DNA of 64,000 bases from Acutalibacteraceae bacterium (GCA_045658105.1 JAZOUK010000005.1:90-64089), one strand, 5' to 3'. Shown: positions 53,003 through 64,000, counted from the stretch's first letter. The notes: generated by a model not told the origin, from the sequence alone. A program made the numbers and translations.

Positions 53003-54256
53003 ATGGAACAAATAATGAATTTTATTGAGCAAACCGGATTTTATATGATTATAAACGGTTTACTTACGGACGGTGGATGGAAAAATCTTTTAATGATTGC
53101 TGTCTCACTTGTTCTTTTATGGCTTGCTATAAAGAAGCAATTTGAACCGCTTTTGCTTATAGGTATTGCATTTGGTATGTTGCTTACAAATCTTCCCGGT
53201 GCTGAGATGTATCACGGAAATTTGTGGTCTGCGTTTATGGATGAATCATCTGAATTCTATCATTCATACGGCTATATAATGGCAAACGGTGGTCTGCTTG
53301 ACTATTTATATATAGGTGTTAAGACCTGTATTTATCCTTGTCTTATCTTTATGGGAATCGGTGCTATGACCGATTTTGGACCGCTTATTTCTAACCCTAA
53401 GTCCTTGCTTTTGGGTGCTGCTGCTCAAATCGGTATATTTGCAACCTTTATTGGAAGTATTGCACTCGGCTTCCCGCAAACTGCTGCTGCATCTATCGGT
53501 ATTATCGGCGGTGCAGATGGTCCTACAGCTATATACACAACATCTCTGCTCCACCCCGAACTTTTAGGACCTATTGCTGTTGCGGCTTACTCATATATGG
53601 CATTGGTTCCGGTTATTCAGCCACCTATTATGAAGCTTCTCACAACTAAGAAAGAACGAGAAATCGTAATGAAACCGCTCCGTCAGGTATCTAAGACAGA
53701 GAAAATTATATTCCCGATTGTTGTTACTATATTCGTAGCACTTCTTGTTCCCTCTGCAACACCCCTTGTTGGTTGCCTTATGTTAGGTAATCTTTGGAAG
53801 GAGTCAGGAGTTGCAGAACGTCTATGCAAGACTGCTCAAAACGAACTTATGAACATTGTAACTATATTCCTTGGTATCTCTGTAGGTGCTACAGCTACCG
53901 CTGAAACCTTCCTTAACACCGAGCGTAATACTATTACAATTGCAGGCAAAACTATTGATATGCTTCGTTTACCCACACTTGAAATTATCGTGATGGGTGT
54001 TGTTGCTTTCGGTGTTGCAACTGCTTGCGGCGTTCTTTTTGCAAAGCTTATGAACATTTTCTCAAAGAACAAAATTAATCCTCTTATCGGTTCTGCAGGT
54101 GTTTCTGCTGTTCCTATGGCTGCCCGCGTTTCACAAATGGTTGGTCAAAAAGCTAACCCCTCAAACTTCCTTCTTATGCACGCTATGGGACCGAATGTTG
54201 CAGGTGTTATCGGCTCAGCAATTGCAGCTGGTGTGCTCATTGCACTCCTTGGCTAA
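53003..54256 (+). CDS. Na+-transporting decarboxylase beta subunit (OadB/GcdB/MmdB family)
   Basis: 417-aa polytopic membrane protein with GAADGPT-type and [14 protein letters not shown] motifs. Confidence 0.85.
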   Translation: MEQIMNFIEQTGFYMIINGLLTDGGWKNLLMIAVSLVLLWLAIKKQFEPLLLIGIAFGMLLTNLPGAEMYHGNLWSAFMDESSEFYHSYGYIMANGGLLDYLYIGVKTCIYPCLIFMGIGAMTDFGPLISNPKSLLLGAAAQIGIFATFIGSIALGFPQTAAASIGIIGGADGPTAIYTTSLLHPELLGPIAVAAYSYMALVPVIQPPIMKLLTTKKEREIVMKPLRQVSKTEKIIFPIVVTIFVALLVPSATPLVGCLMLGNLWKESGVAERLCKTAQNELMNIVTIFLGISVGATATAETFLNTERNTITIAGKTIDMLRLPTLEIIVMGVVAFGVATACGVLFAKLMNIFSKNKINPLIGSAGVSAVPMAARVSQMVGQKANPSNFLLMHAMGPNVAGVIGSAIAAGVLIALLG

Positions 54257-54289
54257 AGCTCCAAGTTTCTTGAATTTAAGGAGATAAAA

Positions 54290-55696
54290 ATGGAAAATAA
54301 AAAGCTTTTTATAACTGATACAATTCTTCGTGATGCTCATCAGTCTCAGGCTGCAACACGAATGAGAATAGAAGATATGCTTCCCGCGCTTGAAAAACTC
54401 GATAAAATAGGTTATTGGTCGGTTGAGTGTTGGGGTGGCGCTACATTTGACTCTTGTATGCGTTTCCTTAACGAAGACCCGTGGGAAAGACTTCGCAAAA
54501 TAAAAAAACATATGCCAAACACAAAGCTTCAAATGCTTTTCCGTGGTCAGAATATTCTTGGCTACAAACACTATGCAGATGATGTTGTTGAAGCTTTTGT
54601 TGCAAAATCAATTGAAAACGGCATAGATGTTATCCGTATTTTTGACGCTCTTAATGACAAGCGCAATCTTGAGCAGGCTGTTAAAGCTACAAAGAAGTAC
54701 GGCGGTATATGCGAAACCGCTATGAGCTATACTATAAGTCCTGTTCACAACGAGGAATACTTTGTAAACCTTGCAAAAGAGCTTGAAAGTATGGGCGCAG
54801 ATGTAATATGTATTAAGGACATGGCGAACCTTCTCCTCCCCTACGATGCATATTCACTCGTTAAAAAACTCAAGGAAAATGTAAAGGTTCCAATTCATCT
54901 TCATACTCATAACACTACCGGTACAGGCGATATGACCTATCTTATGGCTGCACAAGCAGGCGTTGATATTGTTGACTGTGCGCTTTCTCCCTTTGCAAAC
55001 GGTACAGCAAACCCCTCTACAGAGGCATTAGTTGCAACAATGCAAGGTACTGAGCGTGACACCGGTCTTGACCTCAGCAAATTAAGTGATGTAGCTGCAC
55101 ATTTCCGTGGCGTTGCTGACAAGATGAAGGCAGAAGGCACACTTGACCCCAAGGTGCTTAATGTTGATGCAAAAACTCTTATATACCAAGTTCCGGGCGG
55201 TATGCTTTCAAACACCATTTCTCAGCTTAAGCAGGCAGGTCAAGAGCATAAATATTATGAAGTTTTAGCAGAAGTTCCTCGTGTTCGTAAGGATTTTGGA
55301 TATCCCCCGCTTGTTACGCCTACAAGTCAGATTGTTGGTACACAGGCTGTTATGAATATCATTTCAGGTGAGCGTTATAAGATGGTTCCAAAGGAATCCA
55401 AGGCTCTGCTTCGCGGTGAGTACGGAAAGTTACCTGCGCCTGTTAACGAAGATGTTCGCAAGAAGTGTATCGGTGATGATAAAGTAATAACTTGCCGCCC
55501 TGCTGACCTATTAGAACCCGAACTTGAATCTTATGCTAAGGAAATGAAAGAAAAAGGTATCGGCAAATGTCCTGAAGATGTATTGAGCTATGCATTATTC
55601 CCACAGGTTGCAGAAAAATTCTTTGCAGTTCGTGATAAGGCACCTGAGAACGAAAACTCAGTAAGAAATCTAATTGTTGAAGATCTTTCAGAATAA
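54290..55696 (+). CDS. oxaloacetate decarboxylase alpha-type carboxyltransferase subunit (no fused biotin domain)
   Basis: ITDTILRDAHQS, ECWGGATFD, HLHTHNTTG. Confidence 0.9.
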   Translation: MENKKLFITDTILRDAHQSQAATRMRIEDMLPALEKLDKIGYWSVECWGGATFDSCMRFLNEDPWERLRKIKKHMPNTKLQMLFRGQNILGYKHYADDVVEAFVAKSIENGIDVIRIFDALNDKRNLEQAVKATKKYGGICETAMSYTISPVHNEEYFVNLAKELESMGADVICIKDMANLLLPYDAYSLVKKLKENVKVPIHLHTHNTTGTGDMTYLMAAQAGVDIVDCALSPFANGTANPSTEALVATMQGTERDTGLDLSKLSDVAAHFRGVADKMKAEGTLDPKVLNVDAKTLIYQVPGGMLSNTISQLKQAGQEHKYYEVLAEVPRVRKDFGYPPLVTPTSQIVGTQAVMNIISGERYKMVPKESKALLRGEYGKLPAPVNEDVRKKCIGDDKVITCRPADLLEPELESYAKEMKEKGIGKCPEDVLSYALFPQVAEKFFAVRDKAPENENSVRNLIVEDLSE

Positions 55697-55710
55697 TATA
55701 TGATCAATAA

Positions 55711-55742
55711 AGGAGACTGCTATTTAAAGCAATCTCCTTTTT
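55711..55742 (+). terminator. terminator after the decarboxylase operon
   Basis: AGGAGAcTGC...GCAaTCTCCT followed by TTTTAT. Confidence 0.55.
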
Positions 55743-55752
55743 ATATAAAAAA

Positions 55753-55777
55753 ACGGCAAGGTTTATAGCCTTACCGT
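55753..55777. terminator. second, bidirectional hairpin
   Basis: ACGGcAAGG-tttata-gCCTTaCCGT flanked by A and T runs. Confidence 0.5.
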
Positions 55778-55787
55778 TTTTTATTTT

Positions 55788-56135
55788 CTATTTTTTAAAC
55801 TCTATAAAACCATAACTATGAAGAATCTGAAAAAACTTTGAAAGTCTTTCATAAAGCGGGTGCGCTTCCTCGCCGAAATGCTCATCTACAGTAAAGCCAA
55901 TCTGAGTAATGGTGTTCTCGCCATCAATTATCGGCCATACATAGCTACCCATACTATCAAGATGAATATAGCTTATTTTTGGCTTTTTAAAAAGCTTCTG
56001 AGCAATCCAATTAAAAGCACCCTTATTCATAATCTCAAGTGTAATAATTCCTGTTTCATCGCTTGACCAAGCTATTCCCTCTTTTCGTACGGGGATGCGG
56101 TCAAGATAATTTTCGACTACTTTTTTCTTTCCCAT
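55788..56135 (-). CDS. PqqD-family protein
   Basis: IHLDSMGSYVWPIIDGENTITQI...LSKFFQILHSYGFIEF. Confidence 0.65.
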   Translation of the reverse strand: MGKKKVVENYLDRIPVRKEGIAWSSDETGIITLEIMNKGAFNWIAQKLFKKPKISYIHLDSMGSYVWPIIDGENTITQIGFTVDEHFGEEAHPLYERLSKFFQILHSYGFIEFKK

Positions 56136-56139
56136 ACTG

Positions 56140-58044
56140 TTACTTACTGCGTTTCTTCCATACAGTAAACTTAAGAAGTGTGAGAATAATTACGCCAAAG
56201 AGAGCTATCCCACCAATATCAGAAGCTGTTGAGGGAATAAACTTAGAAAGGTCTATAAGCTCGCTTACGCCAAATACTGCAAGCAATGCCAAAGCAATAC
56301 CTACAAGACCCTCGCCCGCAATCATACCTGAGCAGAAGAGTATACCATCATTAACAATAGCATCCTTCTCTTCTTTATCTTTCTTAATCTTATCAAGGAA
56401 AAATCTAATAATACCGCCAACCATAATGCAAGCATTAAGTTGTACAGGAAGATATATACCAATTGCAAAGGGAAGTACCGGAATTCCGATAAGCTCTACA
56501 ACAATTGCAATAAACACACCTGTAAATACAAGTACCCACGGGAGATTTCCACCCATAACGCCCTCTATAATAAGCTTCATAAGGGTTGCCTGAGGAGCTG
56601 CAAGAGCATCTGTACCGAAGCCCCAAGCCTTATCAAGAAGATAAAGTGTGCCGCCGATTGCAAGTGCTGCTGAAACAACACCGATTACTTCACCAATTTG
56701 TTGTTTTTTAGGAGTTGCACCCAAAAGATAACCGGTTTTAAGGTCCTGAGAAGTGTCACCAGAAATAGCAGCAACAATACAAATAATAGAACCGATTGCA
56801 ATTGCGCTACACATGCCTGCAATACCGCCGTTGCCTGTAAATTTTAAAATTAAAGTTGAAATAAGCAAAGTTGCGATTGCCATGCCCGAAACAGGATTAT
56901 TACTGCTTCCTACAAGGCCAACCATTCTTGAAGAAACGGTAGCAAAAAAGAAACCAAATACAACAATAATTATTGCACCTATTGGATTAACAGGAATGGC
57001 AGGAACAAGCCAAATAAGAAGGGTGAGTAACAAAATAGCCATGAGTACAATTTTAATACTTAAATCCTTAGATGTACGCTCAGTAGAAGCAGCACCCGCG
57101 CCACTCATACTCTTGATAGCGCCTGTAAAGGTTTTAACAATAAGCGGTAGAGACTTAATAAGACTGATTATTCCACCGGCAGCAAGTGCACCTGCACCAA
57201 TATATCTTATATATGAGCCCCAAATTCCACCTGCTCCGCTTTCAGCAAAAATCTCGCCAATAGTGGCATCTACACTTGGATAAAGCACACTATTTTCTCC
57301 AAAAAGAACAATCAAAGGAATAAGTACAAGCCAACTTAAAACGCCGCCCGCAAACATATATGACGAAATTCTTGCGCCACAGATATATCCAACACTCATT
57401 ACTGCGGGGTAAATCTGTGTTCCAATTTCACCTGCATAACCTTTTACTCTACCTGAAACCTCACCTGAAACAACTTTAAGTCCGTCAATAATAAACTTAA
57501 AGAGTGCCGCAAAACCCATACCTGCAAAAACGGTGGATGCGTTTGCTCCGCCCTTTTCGCCTGCAAGAAGAACCTCTGCACAAGCAGTTCCCTCAGGATA
57601 AGGTAAGGTTCCGTGTTCCTTAACAATGAGTGCATTTCTAAGCGGAACCATAAAGAATACACCCAAAAGTCCACCAATAAGTGCGATAAGTGTAATCTCT
57701 AACAGACTTGGCTTGTCCATCTTGCCTTCAGCAGCCCAAAGAAAAAGAGCCGGAAGTGTGAAAATAGCACCAGCCGCAAGTGATTCACCTGCAGAACCTA
57801 CAGTCTGCACAATATTGCTTTCAAGAATGGAGTTTCTGCGCATTATAATGCGTATAACACCCATAGCAATAACTGCGGCGGGAATTGAAGCAGAAACAGT
57901 CATTCCCACGCGAAGACCAAGGTAAGCATTTGCCGCACCAAATACTACTGCCAAAATTATACCCATAATAACTGATGTAACTGTTATTTCAGGAGTAACC
58001 TTTTCAGCAGGAATATAAGGCTTAAATTCATTTTTATTATCCAT
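56140..58044 (-). CDS. OPT-family oligopeptide transporter
   Basis: ~635-aa polytopic membrane protein. N-terminal FKPYIPAEKVTPEITVTSVIMGIILAVVFGAANAYLGLRVGMTVSASIPAAV is typical of bacterial OPT. Start MDNKNEF (GGAGAA RBS). Confidence 0.8.
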   Translation of the reverse strand: MDNKNEFKPYIPAEKVTPEITVTSVIMGIILAVVFGAANAYLGLRVGMTVSASIPAAVIAMGVIRIIMRRNSILESNIVQTVGSAGESLAAGAIFTLPALFLWAAEGKMDKPSLLEITLIALIGGLLGVFFMVPLRNALIVKEHGTLPYPEGTACAEVLLAGEKGGANASTVFAGMGFAALFKFIIDGLKVVSGEVSGRVKGYAGEIGTQIYPAVMSVGYICGARISSYMFAGGVLSWLVLIPLIVLFGENSVLYPSVDATIGEIFAESGAGGIWGSYIRYIGAGALAAGGIISLIKSLPLIVKTFTGAIKSMSGAGAASTERTSKDLSIKIVLMAILLLTLLIWLVPAIPVNPIGAIIIVVFGFFFATVSSRMVGLVGSSNNPVSGMAIATLLISTLILKFTGNGGIAGMCSAIAIGSIICIVAAISGDTSQDLKTGYLLGATPKKQQIGEVIGVVSAALAIGGTLYLLDKAWGFGTDALAAPQATLMKLIIEGVMGGNLPWVLVFTGVFIAIVVELIGIPVLPFAIGIYLPVQLNACIMVGGIIRFFLDKIKKDKEEKDAIVNDGILFCSGMIAGEGLVGIALALLAVFGVSELIDLSKFIPSTASDIGGIALFGVIILTLLKFTVWKKRSK

Positions 58045-58135
58045 ATATTCTCCAATCCGACAACACTTTAACACTTTAAAATGTCGACTTAAAAATTCAA
58101 ATTATTATATCATAAGAAGTCAAAATATGCAACAT

Positions 58136-60523
58136 TTAATTAAGTTCAGCTATAGTAACACCGTTTTCGCCCTCACCAAATGTGCCGAGTCTATAGGATT
58201 TTACCGAACGGTGACTACGCAAATGCGCCTGAACCGCCTTTCTGAGTACACCTGTACCCTTACCATGAATAATTCTTAACGTTTCAATACCAGAAACAAT
58301 GGCATTATCAATATATCTATCAAGCTCCAAAATCGCCTCGTCCGATGCCATTCCTCTAATATCAATTTCACCTGAAACTTCACGATGAGCTCTCGACATA
58401 AGTCCTGTAACATTTCTTGTTTTCTTTATCTCGGTAGACTGCGCATACTTTGATTTTGCCCTAAGGCTATCAAATTTAACCCACATTTTCATAGCTCCTG
58501 CCATTACATAAGCCTGTTTCTTTTGGGTATTTATATCTATAACAGTAGCATCTCTGCCGATATCTGCTATTATAACAATATCGCCTTTTTGTGGATTCAC
58601 AACTGCTTCGCCCGATACATTTTTTTCAATTACAGGATTTGCAGTATCTTCAAGTTCCTTAAGCGATGATTTGTATGCCGCTCTTGCCTTTTCTGCCATA
58701 CTTGAAGCATTCTGAGCATTCATTGATTTCTTAAGCTCTTCAAGCTCGTTAAGCAAAAGACTTGACTTATATCTTGCAGTTTCTATAATCTGATTTGCAG
58801 CTTCTCTTGTTTTCTCCATCATTTTTTCACGGTTTTTCTGCAAATCGTTTTCTCTCTGCTCTGCCCTTTTCTTGGTGTTTTCAAGATCAGAACGAAGCTT
58901 TTGAGCCTTACGGTGCTCCTCGTCAGCTGAACGACGGGCATTTTCAAGCGCCTCTACTACCCTTTCAAACCTTGTATCCTCCTCAGATACCTGAGCCTTA
59001 GCATTTTCGATTATCGTATCGTCAAGTCCCAAGCGTTTTGAAATCGCAAAGGCATTTGACCTTCCAGGCATACCGATAATTAGCTTATATGTTGGTTTTA
59101 ATGTAGATACATCAAATTCGCAAGAAGCATTTTCAACCTTGGGAGTATCAATTGCATATGCCTTAAGCTCGGGATAATGAGTGGTTGCAACCACCTTTGA
59201 ACCGTAAGCCGCAAGTCTTATAAGTATAGCTTTAGCAAGAGCCGCACCCTCAACAGGGTCGGTGCCGGCACAAAGCTCATCAAATAATACAAGAGAATTA
59301 TCGTCGGCATTATCTAATATTGAAATAATATTAGTCATATGTGACGAAAATGTTGAAAGCGACTGTTCAATACTCTGTTCGTCGCCAATATCAGCAAAAA
59401 CCTTTTCGTAAACTGCAACTGTACTTGAATCATCACACGGAATCATTAGACCACACATTGTCATAAGTGTTAAAAGTCCAACCGTTTTAAGCGTAACTGT
59501 CTTACCACCCGTATTAGGGCCTGTTATAACGAGTGTATTATACTCTGTGCCGAGTTCTACAGTTATAGGAACAACCGATTTGTAGTGAATAAGCGGATGT
59601 CTCGCATTTTTAAGGTAGGTTTTTCCCTCAGTGTTTATTGCAGGAACAATAGCCTTCATTTTATATGCAAGACGCGCTTTTGCAAATATAAGATTAAGTT
59701 TTACCAATGCATCAAACGAACGAATTATAGTATCAGCAAAGTTCCCTGCCTCTGCGGATAATTCAGCAAGAATACGCTCAATCTCCTCTTGCTCGCGAAG
59801 CTTCAGTACCCTTATTTCATTATTGGTTTCTACAACAGACATTGGTTCAATAAAAACCGTAGAGCCTGTAGCCGAGGTATCATGAATAATACCACCAATC
59901 TGTCCCTTATGTTCTACCTTAAGCGGTACAACAAATCTACCATCACGCTGAGTGACAATTGCTTCCTGTAGATATTTAGCCGACGGTCCGTGAACTATTT
60001 TGTCAAGCAATTCCCTGATTTTAGACGATTTAGCAATTATTTTACGACGAATATCATAAAGGGTGGGAGAAGCGTTATCGTTAATTTCCTCAGCACTTTT
60101 AATTGCAAAAACGATTTTTTCTTCAAGATATTTATTTGGAAACAATACATCAAACAGATAATCAATCGCTGTTTCTTTCATTCCTGAGCAATCGTTTCGC
60201 CATTCCTTTAAGGAACGAATCACTCTTAATACCTCTGCAATATCAAGAAGCTCACACATAGAAAGCACCGCAGAAGCCTGCGCTCTCACAAGACAGGACG
60301 AAACATTTTTTGCCGAACCAAATGACGGTGCAGTATACCGAGACATAAAGGTGTATGCTGCATTGGTTTCTGAAAGCTTTGTTTTTACCTCATCAATTGA
60401 TGTATCAGGTATAATTTTTCTTGCCAATTCTGCCGCATCTGACACCGTCGCCTCGTTTGCAAGCAGTTCAAGTATTTTATCAAGCTCTAATGTTTTTAAA
60501 TATCTTTCGATATTATAGCTCAT
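58136..60523 (-). CDS. mutS2: endonuclease MutS2
   Basis: ITGPNTGGKT Walker A, a coiled-coil region, and a C-terminal Smr domain (IIHGKGTGVLR). Confidence 0.95.
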   Translation of the reverse strand: MSYNIERYLKTLELDKILELLANEATVSDAAELARKIIPDTSIDEVKTKLSETNAAYTFMSRYTAPSFGSAKNVSSCLVRAQASAVLSMCELLDIAEVLRVIRSLKEWRNDCSGMKETAIDYLFDVLFPNKYLEEKIVFAIKSAEEINDNASPTLYDIRRKIIAKSSKIRELLDKIVHGPSAKYLQEAIVTQRDGRFVVPLKVEHKGQIGGIIHDTSATGSTVFIEPMSVVETNNEIRVLKLREQEEIERILAELSAEAGNFADTIIRSFDALVKLNLIFAKARLAYKMKAIVPAINTEGKTYLKNARHPLIHYKSVVPITVELGTEYNTLVITGPNTGGKTVTLKTVGLLTLMTMCGLMIPCDDSSTVAVYEKVFADIGDEQSIEQSLSTFSSHMTNIISILDNADDNSLVLFDELCAGTDPVEGAALAKAILIRLAAYGSKVVATTHYPELKAYAIDTPKVENASCEFDVSTLKPTYKLIIGMPGRSNAFAISKRLGLDDTIIENAKAQVSEEDTRFERVVEALENARRSADEEHRKAQKLRSDLENTKKRAEQRENDLQKNREKMMEKTREAANQIIETARYKSSLLLNELEELKKSMNAQNASSMAEKARAAYKSSLKELEDTANPVIEKNVSGEAVVNPQKGDIVIIADIGRDATVIDINTQKKQAYVMAGAMKMWVKFDSLRAKSKYAQSTEIKKTRNVTGLMSRAHREVSGEIDIRGMASDEAILELDRYIDNAIVSGIETLRIIHGKGTGVLRKAVQAHLRSHRSVKSYRLGTFGEGENGVTIAELN

Positions 60524-60534
60524 TTGTTTTTCTC

Positions 60535-61293
60535 CTAATTTTTTTCTATCTGATTATAAAAATCAAGTGTATGAAAGCGCTGGTCTGTTTGTAATGTTAA
60601 ATACTGCGAGGTTACAGATGAAAGATGTCTCGCACTTTGTTCTGGAATTTCAAAGGCATAAAGCTTGCCAAATTCCGAAAATGCAATATGCCTCAGTGCA
60701 GAAAGCACAGTTCTGTCAATCCTTACACAGCCTGTATCATTGCCACATTCCGCACAACTAAGCGTTCCGTCTGAAAGATTAAAATACATCAGATTATCCT
60801 CAAACTTCCCGCACTCCTTACAAGCCACCAAGTCGGGCATATAACCCATAGTAGTAGCTATTCTGAACTCTGTTATAGCCTTTATTAAGGGAGGAAAGCG
60901 CTTTTCCTTGGTGATAAAATGCAGTGAATTGAGAATAAGCCTTAAAAGCTCTTTATTAGGTACACCGTTTTCTCCGAAAAAAAATGCCAATTCGCAAAAA
61001 TACTGTGAGAGGGTAAGAATTTCAATATCACTTCCAAAAGAAAAAAACTGCGCTATAGGTGTAGCCTCATAAATACGATTTGTACCGTTTTTCTGTTTTA
61101 TAGCGAAATTGGAATATGTAAGAAGGGCAGTTGCAGCATTTTTCTTAGATTTAATATTCTCCGCTCCCGATGCAAAGGCTTTTATTATCCCATAATCGTG
61201 CGTAAAGAGAGTAACCAAACGGTCACTCTCCCCTACCTTCATTTCCTTTATTACTAATCCCTCGGTTGTAAACCGTGTCACCATATCCGCCAC
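60535..61293 (-). CDS. recO: DNA repair protein RecO
   Basis: OB-fold N-terminus and a zinc motif CKECG...CAECG. Conserved era-recO neighbourhood. Confidence 0.9.
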   Translation of the reverse strand: MADMVTRFTTEGLVIKEMKVGESDRLVTLFTHDYGIIKAFASGAENIKSKKNAATALLTYSNFAIKQKNGTNRIYEATPIAQFFSFGSDIEILTLSQYFCELAFFFGENGVPNKELLRLILNSLHFITKEKRFPPLIKAITEFRIATTMGYMPDLVACKECGKFEDNLMYFNLSDGTLSCAECGNDTGCVRIDRTVLSALRHIAFSEFGKLYAFEIPEQSARHLSSVTSQYLTLQTDQRFHTLDFYNQIEKN

Positions 61294-61387
61294 TGATATT
61301 CTTCTCCTTACAGGTATTTACAAACTCAAGATAATCGCTAACCTTTCCGCTTTTAATAAAGCGCAACCAAGTTTTATCCGTTTCCAT
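61223..61387 (-). CDS. YqzL-like small protein (54 aa)
   Basis: METDKTWLRFIKSGKVSDYLEF... lies between era and recO, as yqzL does in Bacillus. It overlaps the recO 5' end, so the true extent is uncertain. Confidence 0.35.
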   Translation of the reverse strand: METDKTWLRFIKSGKVSDYLEFVNTCKEKNISGGYGDTVYNRGISNKGNEGRGE

Positions 61388-61447
61388 AATAAACACTTCC
61401 CTCTGTTAAAAGTGTATATCAGAAACAAATAAATATTATAGGAAAAA

Positions 61448-62368
61448 TCAGTCAAGTCCAAAAGTATGAATGAGACCCTGACGATTTCGCCAATCCTCTT
61501 TAACCTTTACCCACAGTTTAACATTTGCACGAATGCCGAAAAATTCTTCAATATCGCGCCTTGCCATAGTACCGATTTTTTTAAGCATTGAACCGCTTTT
61601 GCCAATAATTATACCTTTATGTGAATCTCTCTCACATATAATCGTAGCCTCAACCTCAACAATAGGCTCGCCAGATGCAGTATCCCTTTCAACGAAACGC
61701 TCAAGGTCAACAGCAATACCGTGAGGCACCTCTTTATCAAGCGTTCTCAAAAGCTTTTCCCTTATCATTTCAGCAACCATAACCTTTTCGGGTTGGTCGG
61801 TAACATCCTCATCATCAAAAAAATGAGGCGATGGCTTTGCTACATTGTAAAGTTCTTTAAGCATAAGATCAACACCATCTCCCGTCTTGGCAGAAAGAGG
61901 AATGACTGCCTCAAACGGGAAATGCTCATTATATTTAATTATAATATTAAGAAGCTCTTCTTTTTTTTCAAGCAAATCAATCTTATTTATTACCAAAAAA
62001 GCCTTAAGCTTACGCTTTTTAAGCTCCTTTATAAGCTCTACCTCAGCAGGAGGAAGCTCCTCACTATCGTTCTTAAATGAAGTGACCGCCTCAATAACAA
62101 GTACCGCTGCGTCAACATCTGCCATACCGTCACCCACAGCGCGGTTCATATTTTTATCAAGCTCATTCCTTGGCTTATGAAATCCCGGTGTATCAATAAA
62201 CACAAGCTGAGTTTCAGCCTTAGTGTATATACCCATAATTCGAGTGCGGGTGGTCTGAGGCTTGTTAGAAACGATAGCCACCTTTTGACCGAGCACATTG
62301 TTCATAAGTGAGGACTTACCTACATTGGGTCTACCTATAATTGTTATAAAAGCTGATTTTTGTTCCAT
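61448..62368 (-). CDS. era: GTPase Era
   Basis: GRPNVGKSSL, DTPG, NKID, and a C-terminal KH domain. Confidence 0.95.
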   Translation of the reverse strand: MEQKSAFITIIGRPNVGKSSLMNNVLGQKVAIVSNKPQTTRTRIMGIYTKAETQLVFIDTPGFHKPRNELDKNMNRAVGDGMADVDAAVLVIEAVTSFKNDSEELPPAEVELIKELKKRKLKAFLVINKIDLLEKKEELLNIIIKYNEHFPFEAVIPLSAKTGDGVDLMLKELYNVAKPSPHFFDDEDVTDQPEKVMVAEMIREKLLRTLDKEVPHGIAVDLERFVERDTASGEPIVEVEATIICERDSHKGIIIGKSGSMLKKIGTMARRDIEEFFGIRANVKLWVKVKEDWRNRQGLIHTFGLD

Positions 62369-62372
62369 AAAT

Positions 62373-62855
62373 TTAAACCTTATTTATTGCAAGACCTAAC
62401 GCGGCAAGCACAACTTCTTCTTTTTCACGCATTAATGTTTGTTCAAGACCGCCTGCTTCGTGGTCATATCCTAATAAATGGAGCATTGAATGAACTGTGA
62501 GGAAAGCTACCTCACGCTCAAGTCCGTGGCCGTATAAATCTGCCTGATACATAGCGTGGTCGACCGAAATTACAATATCACCAAGCATTTTAGCGCCTGT
62601 TTCAGGGTTAGTATCATACTCGCCGTTTTCACCAAGCGGGAAAGAAAGCACATCTGTAGATGAGTCGATATTGCGATGTGTGGCATTCATTTCTCTAATC
62701 ATTTCATCGTCTACAAGGGTAACATCCACCTCTGACGGAGCTTCATAGCCCTCAAACTTTAGGGTTGCGTTACAAGCCTTTCTGATAAGAAGTCGAGTTC
62801 CCGTAGGGATCTTAACTGATTTCTGCTTTACTACAATGTTTACCTTTACACTCAT
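62373..62855 (-). CDS. ybeY: rRNA maturation endoribonuclease YbeY
   Basis: HSMLHLLGYDH. Confidence 0.95.
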   Translation of the reverse strand: MSVKVNIVVKQKSVKIPTGTRLLIRKACNATLKFEGYEAPSEVDVTLVDDEMIREMNATHRNIDSSTDVLSFPLGENGEYDTNPETGAKMLGDIVISVDHAMYQADLYGHGLEREVAFLTVHSMLHLLGYDHEAGGLEQTLMREKEEVVLAALGLAINKV

Positions 62856-63871
62856 TTATTTTCTGCACTTCTTTCATAAGCTTTTATTATTTCCTGCACC
62901 AAGCGGTGACGGACAACATCCTTACCCGTAAGGCGCGAAATTGCAATATCATCAATATTTTTAAGGATTCTCACTGCATCCTTAAGCCCTGATTTTTTAC
63001 CGTCAGGCAAATCTATCTGAGTAATATCACCTGTTACAACCGCCTTGGAATTAAAACCGAGACGGGTTAAAAACATCTTCATCTGCTCACAGGTAGTATT
63101 CTGAGCCTCGTCGAGAATTATAAAGCTATCATCAAGAGTTCTGCCTCGCATATAAGCTAAAGGCGCTACCTCAATATCGCCTCTTTCCTGACATTTCTGA
63201 AAATTTTCTGCACCCAACATATCAAAAAGGGCATCATACAATGGTCTCAAATACGGGTCTATTTTCTGTTGCAGGTCACCTGGTAGAAATCCCAGTCTTT
63301 CCCCCGCCTCAACCGCAGGACGAGTTAGAATAATACGATTTACCTGCTTTGCTCTAAAAGCACTAACTGCCTGAGCAACTGCAAGATAGGTTTTTCCTGT
63401 TCCAGCAGGCCCTACACCGATAGTTATAGTATTGTTTCTTATAGCCTCAACATACTGCTTTTGACCGAGTGTTTTAGGCTTAACAGGTTTTCCTTTTGAG
63501 GTAATACAAATACAGTCTGCATCAGTAATGTCTATAATTTTACCATCATCGCCATCCTCAACAAGGTATGCCACATAATCAATATTTTGGTCAGTTATCT
63601 GCTCACCCTTATTAATCATCGTAATAAGTCCCTCAATCGTTCTTCGGGCGGATAATACATTATCAACCTCGCCCTTAATTTTTATCTTACTGCCATACGA
63701 TGTAACTGCTACATTGTATCTTTTTTCAATTCTTCTAATATTAACATCAAAATTGCCAAAAAGATTAACAATCTGCTCCATTCTTTCAATATCTACCGTC
63801 TGTTCAAACAAAGATATTATCACTCCAAAAATATTTAGCATAATTATAGCATACTTTAAAACTACTTTCAA
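62852..63871 (-). CDS. phoH: PhoH-family ATPase
   Basis: GPAGTGKTYLAVA Walker A, ILDEAQN Walker B. The exact start is uncertain (several in-frame Met). Confidence 0.9.
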   Translation of the reverse strand: MKVVLKYAIIMLNIFGVIISLFEQTVDIERMEQIVNLFGNFDVNIRRIEKRYNVAVTSYGSKIKIKGEVDNVLSARRTIEGLITMINKGEQITDQNIDYVAYLVEDGDDGKIIDITDADCICITSKGKPVKPKTLGQKQYVEAIRNNTITIGVGPAGTGKTYLAVAQAVSAFRAKQVNRIILTRPAVEAGERLGFLPGDLQQKIDPYLRPLYDALFDMLGAENFQKCQERGDIEVAPLAYMRGRTLDDSFIILDEAQNTTCEQMKMFLTRLGFNSKAVVTGDITQIDLPDGKKSGLKDAVRILKNIDDIAISRLTGKDVVRHRLVQEIIKAYERSAENK

Positions 63872-64000
63872 TAAAATTTAAAAAAAATAAACTAAAAATA
63901 TACAAAATTATTGCAAAGTATCTTTACCTTTGATATAATTCATATTGCAAATTATTAATTCAAGGTGTTTATATGCGAAAAAATATAATATATTTTATTT

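Overview
Low-GC, spore-forming Firmicute (Clostridia-like) chromosome segment in three parts. (1) 1-11.3 kb is a minus-strand island of defence-type genes. It holds a TIR-domain gene translationally coupled to a secreted protein of unknown function, a small serine resolvase, an orphan 397-aa protein, an AbiH-like plus RNxxxH (HEPN/DUF4209-like) two-gene operon, a membrane-anchored NACHT/STAND NTPase and a Fic toxin-antitoxin pair. A diverged ~105-bp copy of the fic 3' end brackets the AbiH/HEPN/NACHT block. (2) ~11.79-51.37 kb is a ~39.6-kb prophage inserted inside the sporulation gene cotJC. The two cotJC halves rejoin in frame across a shared CCGCC core, and a large serine recombinase sits next to attR. 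The prophage carries an ImmR/ImmA-type switch, a RecT/YqaJ/NinB/SSB/RusA replication-recombination module, many small Cys-rich early genes, an atypical morphogenesis module with an embedded lysis cassette and a 2095-aa polyvalent-type protein, and a plus-strand cargo cluster at the attL end. (3) 51.4-64 kb is ordinary host DNA: cotJA-cotJB, a Na+-decarboxylase operon (oadG-like, BCCP, beta, alpha), PqqD-like, an OPT transporter, mutS2, recO, era, ybeY and phoH. The best candidates for undescribed biology are the AbiH-like/HEPN operon, the TIR plus secreted-partner pair, the fic-3'-end-flanked cassette and the prophage attL-proximal cargo cluster with its structured leader. All functional calls rest on motif recognition by eye; no database search was run.
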